A stretch of 64,000 bases of DNA from Methyloprofundus sp. Lineage in GTDB: Bacteria; Pseudomonadota; Gammaproteobacteria; Methylococcales; Methylomonadaceae. The notes beneath the pieces were generated by a model, which worked only from the letters and a program-made list of their open reading frames with translations, was not told the DNA's origin and ran no database searches. How positions within the stretch are numbered: position 1 is the first letter of the stretch; every line of letters begins with the position of its first letter. A program made the position numbers and the translations under genes. The stretch lies in contig JACUUF010000001.1 in NCBI GenBank assembly GCA_014859465.1, positions 158,719 to 222,718 of the forward strand, written 5' to 3'. This document shows, piece by piece, positions 52,131-61,890 of this stretch.

Positions 52131-53330
52131 ATGCCAGGAATCGATGAATTATACGACTACGCGGCTCGCACAGAGTTTTTAAGAGATGATATTCTGCATG
52201 CAGAATTCCCTCCAAGTCGCCGAAAGGGAGCGCCTTTATTTACAGTAAATGAAGCCGCTCAATACCTTGAGATCAAACCTACAACACTTCAGAAGCTTGT
52301 AAGAGACGAAGAAGTAACCTGTACGTTAAGTGAATCTGGTAAACGATTCTTCAACCCGGAGCAGATATATAGAGCCCGTGAACAGCTGCAAAAAAACGCA
52401 ACCAAAAAGAATTATATGCCATCTTCACTCAAGAAAAATGGAAAGCCATATGTTTTAAGTGTAAGTAATTTAAAAGGTGGTAGCAGTAAAACCACCACCT
52501 GTGTTCACCTCTGTCAGTATGCCGTTTTAATGGGTTACAAGGTGCTTTTAATCGACTCAGATCCACAAGGATCTAGTTCGAGCATTCACGGCCTTTTCCC
52601 CTATCAATTAACAGATGAAACAAGTGGTGAGTCCTATGGTGAATTTGTAAATCTTGAAGATACCCTCCTCTCAATTTATTCGAGAGAAGAAAGCAAGCGA
52701 GATCTTAAGCCTTTAAAGACATCTTGGTTCAATCTCGATCTTATTCCGGCCAATATCCGCCTTTTTGACGCTGAATTTGCGATTCCTTCTCGTCAGATGT
52801 CAACGCCCGGCTTCCGCTTCTTTGACATTCTAACTGATGAGATTGAAAACAATGCAAGCCTCCAAGATTATGACCTTATCTGCATTGATCTGCCACCGAG
52901 CTTCTCTTATATGACGATTAACGCACTCTATGCATCTGATGCAATGGTTGTTCCTTGCCCACCGAATCATTTGGATATATTGGCAACCGGTGCCTTTTTT
53001 GACCAGTTAACTTTGGTCATGGAGACAATTGAGAAAAACTTTGATTACCAGAAGAATTTCGACTTTGTCTCAGCCCTTCGAACAAAGATGGAAGCTGATC
53101 CACAATCCATTCGAAACGGTGGTCGAATCGCAGCCATTTTCCAGCAAGACCTTATCCAAGAGCAAGCTCTTACAAGTAAAGTAGTCAAGCTTGCTACCGA
53201 TAAAAATCTTACTATTTACGAGCTTGATGGTGCCGAAGTAGATCGCAGGACATACAAGCGAGCAATTGATAGTTTTAATGCCATTAATGAAGAAATACTC
53301 ATGAGAGTTAAAGAATCCGTTAGCAAGTAG
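52131..53330 (+). CDS. parA: Type Ia ParA (RepA-like) partition ATPase with N-terminal HTH
   Basis: FTVNEAAQYL HTH, NLKGGSSKTT, LIDSDPQGS, IDLPP. Confidence 0.93.
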   Translation: MPGIDELYDYAARTEFLRDDILHAEFPPSRRKGAPLFTVNEAAQYLEIKPTTLQKLVRDEEVTCTLSESGKRFFNPEQIYRAREQLQKNATKKNYMPSSLKKNGKPYVLSVSNLKGGSSKTTTCVHLCQYAVLMGYKVLLIDSDPQGSSSSIHGLFPYQLTDETSGESYGEFVNLEDTLLSIYSREESKRDLKPLKTSWFNLDLIPANIRLFDAEFAIPSRQMSTPGFRFFDILTDEIENNASLQDYDLICIDLPPSFSYMTINALYASDAMVVPCPPNHLDILATGAFFDQLTLVMETIEKNFDYQKNFDFVSALRTKMEADPQSIRNGGRIAAIFQQDLIQEQALTSKVVKLATDKNLTIYELDGAEVDRRTYKRAIDSFNAINEEILMRVKESVSK

Positions 53331-53343
53331 AGGAATTACTATC

Positions 53344-54462
53344 ATGGCAAAACCAGACCCAAAGGCTGCTCGACAAGAGAAAATGGACCAAGAAGCCAAA
53401 AGGCTCGCTGAAAGCCTAAAAAGACGCAGTCCTAATAGAAGACCCTCCTCGCAGGAAGTTGGGAGTGTTTTTCAGGCCTCCATTGTTGCCTCAAGAGAAG
53501 CTGAGCAAAACCGCCTTAAGAGCGAGATACAGACACTTGAAAGCACAAGCGCTGATAGCGAGGTTGTCACTTACTATAAAGAGCAGCTTGAAAAACTTGA
53601 AAAGAATGCGATCCTTACATTAAATCCAAATGATGTCAGTGTAACCAGTTTTGCAAATAGAGATACTGAGTTCCTCTTAACAAGCTCATTCCATGAATTA
53701 ATGGAGAGCCTTTACGAGCATGGACAGGGAATCCCTATTACCGTCAGAAAGAAAGACGGTAAATTTGAACTAATAGCTGGTCGACGTCGACTAGAAGCTT
53801 GCCGCTTCCTTGAGATCGATGTGCAGGCCATTTGCGTTGAAGCAACAGATAAAAAGCTTCTAGAATTCCAAGAGATAGAAAATCTATCTCGTCAAGACAT
53901 TACGATATTTGAGAGATCAAATTCATATTTTAAAATGATCGACGAAGGTTATGTCAAAAACGCCACAGAGCTTGGTCGGTTATTTAACAAGTCTCGCTCT
54001 GAGATATCTCAGATCTTAAAATTACAAGTTATTCCAGAGGTTGTAAGAAAGAAAGTCTTAACCATTAGAAAACCTGTAACCTTTGTCATTAATGGTGAAG
54101 ATAAAGAAGTTCTTGATATTTCCTACGCCCCTTTTAGGCAATCTTATAACTTTGCCTTAGCCTTAGAGAATCTTAATGCTGAATCCCTATCAAGGATTGT
54201 TAACGCGGTAAACAATGATTCAATAGAAATTTTTGGGACAGATAGCTTTTCAAAAAGAATGAGTAAGTGCATTGAGATTGCTACCGGAGATAAACCGGTC
54301 CAAAAGACCACAAATAAAACAATAAAAAGTGACGGCTCTGTCGCCGCCAGAATTGTTCAAAATAGCAATGGACTAAGTATAAAGATAAACAAAGGTTATA
54401 CGACCGACGAGCTTAGGGAAAAAATAGAAGCATTTCTCCGGAAAGAATTTTCAGAGGAATAA
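53344..54462 (+). CDS. parB: ParB/RepB partition protein
   Basis: GQGIPITVR, ELIAGRRRLEA, ENLSR, HTH. Confidence 0.93.
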   Translation: MAKPDPKAARQEKMDQEAKRLAESLKRRSPNRRPSSQEVGSVFQASIVASREAEQNRLKSEIQTLESTSADSEVVTYYKEQLEKLEKNAILTLNPNDVSVTSFANRDTEFLLTSSFHELMESLYEHGQGIPITVRKKDGKFELIAGRRRLEACRFLEIDVQAICVEATDKKLLEFQEIENLSRQDITIFERSNSYFKMIDEGYVKNATELGRLFNKSRSEISQILKLQVIPEVVRKKVLTIRKPVTFVINGEDKEVLDISYAPFRQSYNFALALENLNAESLSRIVNAVNNDSIEIFGTDSFSKRMSKCIEIATGDKPVQKTTNKTIKSDGSVAARIVQNSNGLSIKINKGYTTDELREKIEAFLRKEFSEE

Positions 54463-54487
54463 AAGCCGGCGAAAGCCGGTTTTTTTA
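54462..54487 (+). terminator. Terminator of parAB
   Basis: GCCGGC-GAAA-GCCGGT followed by a T run. Confidence 0.85.
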
Positions 54488-54539
54488 TGTTTGAAGAATA
54501 TGTTTAACAAGTAAACACAGTACCTTGAAATGAGAAAAA

Positions 54540-55015
54540 TTGTTTACCGTTGTAAACAAAAAAATAACTTATTTTGGTGTGCAGATCTGGGCTCTTTTGT
54601 TTGCAGCGGTAAACAAAAGAGAAAGATGTCTTCTTTAACCAGTTCAAAAAAGAAATTGTTAAAAAAGACATCTTCATAAAAAACAATAGTAGCGCTTGCT
54701 AATGGTCTTAATTGATTGTTTACAACGGTAAACAAAAAATAAAAGCCCTAGCTCAGCTAGCCTAAGTCAAGAAGATCGAATTGTTTACAGTGGTAAACAA
54801 AATAAAAACAAGTGAAATGCAAGCGAAATGCAAATATGCAGACAAGCAGGTTTAACACAAATTGTTTACAGCGGTAAACAAAAAATAAAATAACTGCTTT
54901 TGGTATGCGGGTCTGGGCTCTTTTGTTTACGGCGGTAAACAAAAATAAAAAACGTCAGCCCAGCCAGTCCAAGGCAAAAATAACACATAAATAAATTGTT
55001 TACAGCTGTAAACAA
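54540..55015. repeat. parS-like centromere: seven palindromes TTGTTTAC-N4-GTAAACAA
   Basis: Copies start at 54540, 54597 (one mismatch), 54716, 54781, 54862, 54923 and 54996, immediately downstream of parB. Confidence 0.88.
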
Positions 55016-55046
55016 AATGATGGAGTTAGCTATGATTTTATAAGCG

Positions 55047-55136
55047 AAAAAAAACCCCTGGCTGCGTCAACAGTTCAGGGGTTTTACCTCAACCCGGCTA
55101 GCAAGCAATGCAGTGGTCAAGGAATATCTTAGGTCG
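55047..55136 (-). ncRNA. Predicted antisense copy-control RNA upstream of the initiator candidate
   Basis: Minus-strand promoter TTTACA(55170-55165)-16bp-TAGAAT(55148-55143); terminator hairpin CCCCTG...CAGGGG followed by U8. Confidence 0.55.
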
Positions 55137-55227
55137 ATTTCCATTCTACTGATTTTTCATTCCTTGTAAAGCCATTTTTTTAATCTGATTAAGTTCAGAA
55201 GGGATAGCTATATCCAAAGGATTTATT

Positions 55228-56295
55228 ATGGAATGTTTAAATGGTAAACAATTAGCTGAAATAATGAGCAAGGATGTTTATTACGCACTTCCTGCCAGCG
55301 TCATCTCATGGGTAGGAGAATTAGGACTTGGTTCAAGTGATAGATTAATATTTGAAAGAATGATCTCCCTATCTTTGCAAAGAGCGTCAAGATCTTTAAA
55401 TGGAATAGGTATTAGAGTTGCACAATCCATACTTTCTGAAATAACAAGCGTAAAAGAGCGAACTGTTGTTTACAGTTTAAATAGGCTCTCAGAAAAGGGT
55501 TTAATAGAAAAAGTAAACACTAGCAACCAGGGAACCTACTATAGGATAAATATATCTACAAAGGCCTTGGCCAAAATAAAAGAGAGATACAAAAAAAAGG
55601 TTAACCCTGTAAATAATTCAACTGACGAAGTAAGCAGTAGTTTAAGCACCAATCAGTACGATAGCCAGGAAGGACCTTCAGATGAGATCGAGCTCATTCT
55701 AAGAAGATTAGAGGCAGAGCTTGCTAATGTGTCAGAAAAGATCGAAAACTTGAGAGGTCAAATAGAAAAATCATCCAAAAAAGTAAGCTTTAAAGAAATG
55801 CTTAAGAATGCACAAAGCAGAACAGGGCTCCCAAATACTAATCTGGTAAACCATGCACACCTTGAAGAGCTTGAAAAACTAATCGAAGTAGAGAGGGCTA
55901 TAAGGAAGAAAATCGAAGGAATATCGGGGAAGCAGAGAGCTTTCTGCAAAAAAGAGGGTTCATTAAATCAAAATACAGGCAATATTATTAAAAAAGAACC
56001 CGAAAGGCTTAGATATATAAAATCAGGGCAAATAAGGGCAATATCGACAAGATTAGCAAAGATTGGGTTCAAGAAAAGTCAAAACTTGCAAATTTCCGCA
56101 CAAATCGTCTTCGCCATACAGTCAGGTTGGTATAGTCAGAAAAACTGGACCACACTTCACTGTGTAAACCATGCGGTAAAACTGGTAAAAGAAAACATCT
56201 GGACAATACCTGCCGGATTCAAACAAGAAAAAATCATCGGCCTGATCGAGTGGTCAGTAAATGTCAGGGGTGCAAAAAATGCTAGTATTAAATAA
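55228..56295 (+). CDS. Putative replication initiator (N-terminal winged HTH)
   Basis: AQSILSEITSVKERTVVYSLNRLSEKGLIEK wHTH; third-gene position after parAB and parS. Confidence 0.6.
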   Translation: MECLNGKQLAEIMSKDVYYALPASVISWVGELGLGSSDRLIFERMISLSLQRASRSLNGIGIRVAQSILSEITSVKERTVVYSLNRLSEKGLIEKVNTSNQGTYYRINISTKALAKIKERYKKKVNPVNNSTDEVSSSLSTNQYDSQEGPSDEIELILRRLEAELANVSEKIENLRGQIEKSSKKVSFKEMLKNAQSRTGLPNTNLVNHAHLEELEKLIEVERAIRKKIEGISGKQRAFCKKEGSLNQNTGNIIKKEPERLRYIKSGQIRAISTRLAKIGFKKSQNLQISAQIVFAIQSGWYSQKNWTTLHCVNHAVKLVKENIWTIPAGFKQEKIIGLIEWSVNVRGAKNASIK

Positions 56296-56389
56296 ATATT
56301 GCTATAGCAATATAAATATAAAAAAGGGCAGAGCCTTTTTAGTGGCTTCGCCCCATTTTTTCTTAACTAAAAAATCAATTACTACAGAA

Positions 56390-57061
56390 TCAATCTTCTT
56401 TTTGAAGAATCTTGGATGCTTGTCGTTTACGCTTAACACCAAGCTTTTCATATACTCTTTGAACCTCTTCCTCGAACGCTTCCGAAGCCCAGGACTTATT
56501 CTTAACGACTGTTTTCAAACGCTCAAAGCCTCGAGCCTTAGCTTCTTTCTCAGCCTCAGTTTTCCACTCCTCCCAGAACGAGACGCCATATTCTTCGATT
56601 CCTTTATAGACATACTCAATAACACGAGAAAAGGTCTTAGATGGCTTAGAAAGCCCTTGCCCATACTGAGAGCCATTAATCATATTTTGACCAAGGTAGG
56701 CTGCGAAATCACCACCCGTAATATCAGGCTCAATATCTCTAACAAGCTCAAGGAGGTCAGAATATGTGATCTCATTCTCTTTTATAAAATACTTTGGATA
56801 GCTCAAAACAAATCTTGTCAAAATAGACTGATAGGGCAGGTCAAGAGGAATGGCTCCGTTCTTACCATGCATGCCAGCCTTGGGCTGAACCTTACCTAGA
56901 AAACAAGTTAAGTCCAGGGTAGACATCCCTAACAAGCTCTCCATGTGTTCAATATGTCCGCCTCGCATAATCTCGTTTCCATCGAGCTCAACACTGCTAG
57001 TCACTATTCTAGCTGGACTCTTACTTTTAGTTACGTCTTTCTTCGTGGCTGTCTTTGTCAT
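56390..57061 (-). CDS. Hypothetical protein
   Basis: 223-aa ORF. Confidence 0.7.
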   Translation of the reverse strand: MTKTATKKDVTKSKSPARIVTSSVELDGNEIMRGGHIEHMESLLGMSTLDLTCFLGKVQPKAGMHGKNGAIPLDLPYQSILTRFVLSYPKYFIKENEITYSDLLELVRDIEPDITGGDFAAYLGQNMINGSQYGQGLSKPSKTFSRVIEYVYKGIEEYGVSFWEEWKTEAEKEAKARGFERLKTVVKNKSWASEAFEEEVQRVYEKLGVKRKRQASKILQKED

Positions 57062-57356
57062 TTTAGGTCACCCTTTATTAGATAATTCTTATATATTAAA
57101 TGTTTATTTATTGTATTTTCTATAGAACCTACTTGTATTTGTGTTTTATTGAATATACAATAAAAGACACAAGAGGTAAGTAAAACCTCTAAAGGGGAAG
57201 TCTCAACAAGTCTTAACTAGTCAAAAAAGCACTTTTCTAAGGTTTAAGTTGAGTATACATAAACATTAAAAGAAGTTCAATATCGTATACATGATTTTCT
57301 ATTTTTTAATAATTTTTTTTGTAAATTTTAGTTTTTAATTAGATCTGGAGATTCCC

Positions 57357-58058
57357 ATGATAAATAAAGTATACCCGCTAATGGAAGGTTCTTTTGTTAC
57401 CACAGATAGCAAAGGTCGTAAAATTTTAGAGTCCATATCAAACCACATTGGTTTGCCATTAAAACCAAAGAAGTACTTCCTGGCAATGCAGGCAGGTAGA
57501 GACCTTTCAATCATTACTTATGCGAAGATGGCGTCAGGAAAGTCTAACGAAGACATTAAGAACATTCATACAGGAGAAATGGCTATTAGTGAGAAGCTCG
57601 CTCCTATAGTTGATATGAATTCCATAAAGGATGTAAATCAAATTGTACTCAACTCAGTGAAGCCAGACGTTATTAAGTATATCTACAATATATTATTTGA
57701 TAGCGACTCAAAAGGTAAAGGCAAGAGAAATGCTCGGGATCAAATATCAGAAGCACTGGCTTACAAGACAGATGAAATGGCCGACAAGATATTCTCTGAT
57801 GATCATTTTAAGCATATTAAAATCATCAAGATTAACTTAAGACTCCCAACACTGGAATCTATGTATGGAAAAGCAGCATCAAAGAGTGATAAGTTTAAAC
57901 TTTCTGTAATCAAGAAAGATGCAATTGAATCTGACTTTATTGAAGGGGTTAGACTTCCAACCCACCCTGTTAACGGAACCGAAGTAAAAGACGAGGTGTT
58001 CGTTAAGATAGGGGACGAGTTGGTTAAAAAAGAAAGAGTGTTAATCGGCCGGTACTAA
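57357..58058 (+). CDS. Hypothetical protein
   Basis: 233-aa ORF with GGAGA RBS. Confidence 0.7.
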   Translation: MINKVYPLMEGSFVTTDSKGRKILESISNHIGLPLKPKKYFLAMQAGRDLSIITYAKMASGKSNEDIKNIHTGEMAISEKLAPIVDMNSIKDVNQIVLNSVKPDVIKYIYNILFDSDSKGKGKRNARDQISEALAYKTDEMADKIFSDDHFKHIKIIKINLRLPTLESMYGKAASKSDKFKLSVIKKDAIESDFIEGVRLPTHPVNGTEVKDEVFVKIGDELVKKERVLIGRY

Positions 58059-58564
58059 CCAATTAACTTAATTAAATAGACACCTAATGCGGCCCCTATA
58101 GCTGAAAAAGCGAAGGAGCCGATTAGGAATAACGACAAGCTAAACTTATTTCCTGTCAAAGAATAATCCTGCATATCCATTCGACCAAGTTTTAATTGGT
58201 CAGAGCAGTCCATTAAGGCCGTCCTCAAGCCTGAAACATTACCAAGCAGGCCGACGACCTCTTTGTTTGACTCAATGAGCTTATTTGGGCCCTCATTGAA
58301 TAATTCAGACTGTTTGGTAATAAGACTCTCAAGATCAGACTTCATTCGCTCAGCAAGCTCAGAATTCTCCTCAAGAACCTTGAGAGACGCCTCTTCAGAC
58401 CTTGAAGCGTAATCATGAATAGCTAAACTCCATTGAGAAAGTTTACTTGCATTCTCAACTACTTGTTCAGATATGCCTTCCAACCTCTCCAAGAGCTCTT
58501 TAGCTTGATCTTGAGCCTTAATTGCTAAAGAAACAACTTCAAATAACTCTTCACTACTAGCCAT
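58055..58564 (-). CDS. Coiled-coil protein with C-terminal TM anchor
   Basis: Heptad-rich body and hydrophobic C-terminus; last gene of the stb-like operon. Confidence 0.7.
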   Translation of the reverse strand: MASSEELFEVVSLAIKAQDQAKELLERLEGISEQVVENASKLSQWSLAIHDYASRSEEASLKVLEENSELAERMKSDLESLITKQSELFNEGPNKLIESNKEVVGLLGNVSGLRTALMDCSDQLKLGRMDMQDYSLTGNKFSLSLFLIGSFAFSAIGAALGVYLIKLIG

Positions 58565-58569
58565 TTGAG

Positions 58570-59373
58570 TTAACCTTCCTGTGATTCATTTCTTTTTGAT
58601 GATTTTGGTCTTAAAGCACCTTCAGAACCGCCTAAGCTAGAAACTTTGTACTCAATTCTTGAGAAAAGTTCTGGGGTCACCTCCTTTACCTTGCTGACAG
58701 AGGAAGAGTTCATATAAATCTCAACCAAAACACTGGTATTCTTTTCTCCCTTATTTTCAGAAATTGCTTTTCTTGCTTCAAGCTCTGCTTTTTCAGAGAA
58801 ATCTAAACTTGAAAGTTTTGAGCTGCTTAAGTTTTCAATACCATCCATTCTAGGCAAGAAGAGAAAGTCATCCTCTATAAATGGCAGTCCAAACTTTTTA
58901 ACTGGCGAGAAAAGCTTTTCTTCCAGTTTACTTGACCTGTCGTAAAAGTTAACAATAGGAAGAATGGAGTCTGGTTTCATCCCAGATTCTATCAAGGTGG
59001 TTGAGATATCAATAAACGATCGAACCTCTCTTGATCCAAGCGTTAAAGGGATAACAATTAAATCAAAAAACGTGCTCACCAAAAACCCTTGATCCTTCAG
59101 CAAAGACTGGATCGCATGAATCTCTGATGCACCGCCATCAGCAACCACATCACCTTTATGGTCAGCTACCGTCACAAAAAAGTCTTTAATGTTTTCACTA
59201 TTAAGTGTCTCAAAACGAACCAGGTTGGTAATGGACGAATAGTCTGACGTGCTTTCATTTAAAGACTCAATCTCAACATAGAGCGGATTGTTTTTCATAT
59301 TCGCATAAAAAACCTCTCTTGCAATAGCTGACTTACCCACTCGACCATCTTTACTAACAACTAAAACTTTCAT
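58570..59373 (-). CDS. StbB-like ParA-superfamily ATPase
   Basis: MKVLVVSKDGRVGKSAIA, VEIESLN, VADGGAS, FDLIVIP resemble plasmid StbB. Confidence 0.7.
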   Translation of the reverse strand: MKVLVVSKDGRVGKSAIAREVFYANMKNNPLYVEIESLNESTSDYSSITNLVRFETLNSENIKDFFVTVADHKGDVVADGGASEIHAIQSLLKDQGFLVSTFFDLIVIPLTLGSREVRSFIDISTTLIESGMKPDSILPIVNFYDRSSKLEEKLFSPVKKFGLPFIEDDFLFLPRMDGIENLSSSKLSSLDFSEKAELEARKAISENKGEKNTSVLVEIYMNSSSVSKVKEVTPELFSRIEYKVSSLGGSEGALRPKSSKRNESQEG

Positions 59374-59392
59374 AATTACTCCAAATTAAAAT

Positions 59393-59974
59393 TTATTTTT
59401 TAACATCACTTAATGGATTCTTGGCTAATGACATTTTCTCTGACAACTTGGCCAACCGAATAAACTCCTCACTCATCCCAGCATACTCCTCCATTTCATC
59501 CTCCTTCGCAGCAGGTTTCTCGCCCTCGTTAAGATCTCCAGGACCTTCTCTAGAAAGCGGAACTAAAGGACACTCCTTCTCTTTTCCGGGAAAAACTGGA
59601 ATTTTCTCTTTATGATCTACATTATCACGTACACCTGAGCCTCTATCAAGATCACTTATCGAGACCTTCTTTTTTACCTCGAGGCTTCGCTTTATGGCTG
59701 ATAAAAAACCACTTGTAAGCGATTTTTTTTTATCCAGAGATCGATAAAAAGCAAGATAGGTTGTTCTTCTGGTCACGCCTATTTCACGACTAACTTGGCT
59801 GATATTCACGGCACCCATATCCAATAGAGATGAGAGGGGCTCCTTAAAGTACTGAATAACCCACTGCTTTTTAAAGCCGCGATTAATCATTCTTTTCATA
59901 TCTCGCAAGACCGAATTTCGAAACTTGTAAATTTCATTCGGCTCCAGCGGCATGCTTAAGCTTGCATAATTCAT
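59393..59974 (-). CDS. Putative DNA-binding protein (StbA position)
   Basis: NISQVSREIGVTRRTTY HTH-like motif; first gene of the operon, upstream of the StbB-like gene. Confidence 0.55.
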   Translation of the reverse strand: MNYASLSMPLEPNEIYKFRNSVLRDMKRMINRGFKKQWVIQYFKEPLSSLLDMGAVNISQVSREIGVTRRTTYLAFYRSLDKKKSLTSGFLSAIKRSLEVKKKVSISDLDRGSGVRDNVDHKEKIPVFPGKEKECPLVPLSREGPGDLNEGEKPAAKEDEMEEYAGMSEEFIRLAKLSEKMSLAKNPLSDVKK

Positions 59975-60495
59975 TTCATTTTGCCTTTTAAGTCTTTTAC
60001 TTTATAAGGCACATTATAGCATATTGCTTTGTTTTGTAAGCAATTGAGATACTATCAAGCAATATAAAGGCATTTAAAATAGAAATAACATTCATTTCAA
60101 TAGGTTACAGAGAAAAATTACACACTTTATACACAAGGATTAGCCAACTAATAACCACTTTGTAAACAAAGATTAACCAATTTATTCACAGCTAATAGCC
60201 AGTCGGTAGTCAATATCAAAAAAATAACAACGAAGGTAAGATTTTCCTAAAAACATAGGCTAAATCGAAAAAAAGAGTGTCTAGAACATGAAATTGAATG
60301 AAATTTGATCACTAATGAGCGGAATCTTAATGGTAAAAAAGATGAATTATGATGCGCTACTGCTTATCGGAAAAAAATCGCTACTGCTTACGGTTTATTT
60401 TTTAAGCAGTAACATTAGGAGGTGTGTCGTGAGAGGGTAGATTTTAGGTCAATTTAAGAACAGCAAAAAACGGCCTTTTTAGCAAATTTAAATGT

Positions 60496-60984
60496 TTAGT
60501 TATTTAGGCTTAATCCTCCGCTACTACTAAGAATAATCTCCTTATAAGATTCAGACCGTCTATCTTCTAAAAAGTAAGCTTGCCCTAAAAAATATCGTGA
60601 GATTACCTGATTCATCATCTTGAAGGTTTTCGGTGCCAATTCATCCATTTTAGCCAAACCAGTACCCAAGCCGTTCTCAGGAAAGGTAATAATTAAATCA
60701 GGATTAGACTTCATAAGCTTATAAAGGGCTCGAAGATCATCTAATGTTGCACTAAGGTGTGCCTCAATGCCATCACTATAGAAGCTCCCGTCCTTCATGG
60801 AAGGCAGTACCTTGGTTGCCACGCCATAGGCATTTCTACAGTTTCGAATGATAGCCTGACCCTTGCATCCCTTGCGAGCAAGATTATCCCCAAAAACGAA
60901 AATCCTATTAGGCCGGTCAAGACAAGCGTTCACAGAGTACAAGCCAGTCCAAACCTCGGCATTAGATGATCTACCTGAAGACAT
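60496..60984 (-). CDS. Phage-type hypothetical protein (FVFGDN family, possibly macro-like fold)
   Basis: IFVFGDNL..KG.KGQA.IR...AYGVATK and FP.NGLGTGLA motifs. Confidence 0.65.
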   Translation of the reverse strand: MSSGRSSNAEVWTGLYSVNACLDRPNRIFVFGDNLARKGCKGQAIIRNCRNAYGVATKVLPSMKDGSFYSDGIEAHLSATLDDLRALYKLMKSNPDLIITFPENGLGTGLAKMDELAPKTFKMMNQVISRYFLGQAYFLEDRRSESYKEIILSSSGGLSLNN

Positions 60985-61157
60985 AAAGAAAATCCTATAT
61001 AAAATATATTAAGAAATACAAAATATCATAAAAAGGCAAGCATAATCAATCATAAAGACGGTCTATTATTTAAAATAAATATGCCATACGTTACAATATA
61101 AAGTAAAATGCCGACCATACATAAAACAACAGTAAAACATGAAGGATTTAAAGCTAA

Positions 61158-61340
61158 ATGCGTGACAAATACTGCAATACAAAAGGAAACACTCCAATAT
61201 CAATCAGAGACTCCAGAGAGGATAGGGTTTACGCTGAAGGCCTAATGAGGGCCGAGAGCGTAAGGCAAAGCCATGGAATTAAGTTTGACCAAAATCTTCA
61301 TAGATGGATTCCCTTAATTAAAGACAGTAAGAAACACTAA
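61158..61340 (+). CDS. Small hypothetical protein
   Basis: 60-aa ORF with GAAGGA upstream. Confidence 0.4.
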   Translation: MRDKYCNTKGNTPISIRDSREDRVYAEGLMRAESVRQSHGIKFDQNLHRWIPLIKDSKKH

Positions 61341-61470
61341 AAGAACATAAGAAAGAAAGCCTGCCTTAAAAACAGTTGATAAAACCCACTCATAGCTTTA
61401 TCAAGCCCATCAAATAACATATACTTGCAATGAGTCTTGCATATTCAAAACCCAGAAAGGAGAGGGCTGT

Positions 61471-61824
61471 ATGTCACTTAAGAGATCTAAATTAATTAAA
61501 TTATCCATTGCAGTATTAGCAGGCTTAACATTGACGGCCTGCTCAGACCACCTACCAACCGAAAAAGAATATGCCGGATTCATGTCCGAACAGGTATTAA
61601 GGGCCGCTCGCGATATTGAAGCGGAGCTCGGCAAAGAGTCTGCTCAAGAAATATATAGCCTTAACGTTATTTCATGTAAACCGATTGAAGAAAGAATGAC
61701 TGGCGAAAATAAACTAACCGCAAAGCTAGAATGTCAATATACAGAATCTGAAAACGGTGAGGTTCAAACTGATAAAGGCCTAGTTATTCTAACCAAGGAG
61801 AACAGAGTCTGGACTCTCGAATAA
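61471..61824 (+). CDS. Lipoprotein
   Basis: Lipobox LTAC; GGAG RBS. Confidence 0.8.
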   Translation: MSLKRSKLIKLSIAVLAGLTLTACSDHLPTEKEYAGFMSEQVLRAARDIEAELGKESAQEIYSLNVISCKPIEERMTGENKLTAKLECQYTESENGEVQTDKGLVILTKENRVWTLE

Positions 61825-61847
61825 AAAGGTTAAAGAAGATCTGACAT

Positions 61848-61874
61848 AAAAAAACCGGCTGTAGCCGGTTTTTT
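61848..61874. terminator. Bidirectional terminator
   Basis: AAAAAAACCGGCT-GT-AGCCGGTTTTTT between convergent genes. Confidence 0.8.
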
Positions 61875-61890
61875 TAAAATTAAGACTGGC

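Noticed and set aside
54504-54942. Three 60-63 aa minus-strand ORFs
   Set aside because: Products of the palindromic repeat array, with no coding features.
54540-55015. Possible CRISPR array
   Set aside because: Repeats are 20-bp palindromes with variable centres. Spacing is irregular (57-119 bp start to start), two spacers are duplicates, no cas genes are present, and the position after parB fits parS.
56261-56899. 212-aa plus-strand ORF
   Set aside because: Antisense to the more protein-like 56390..57061 and has atypical composition.
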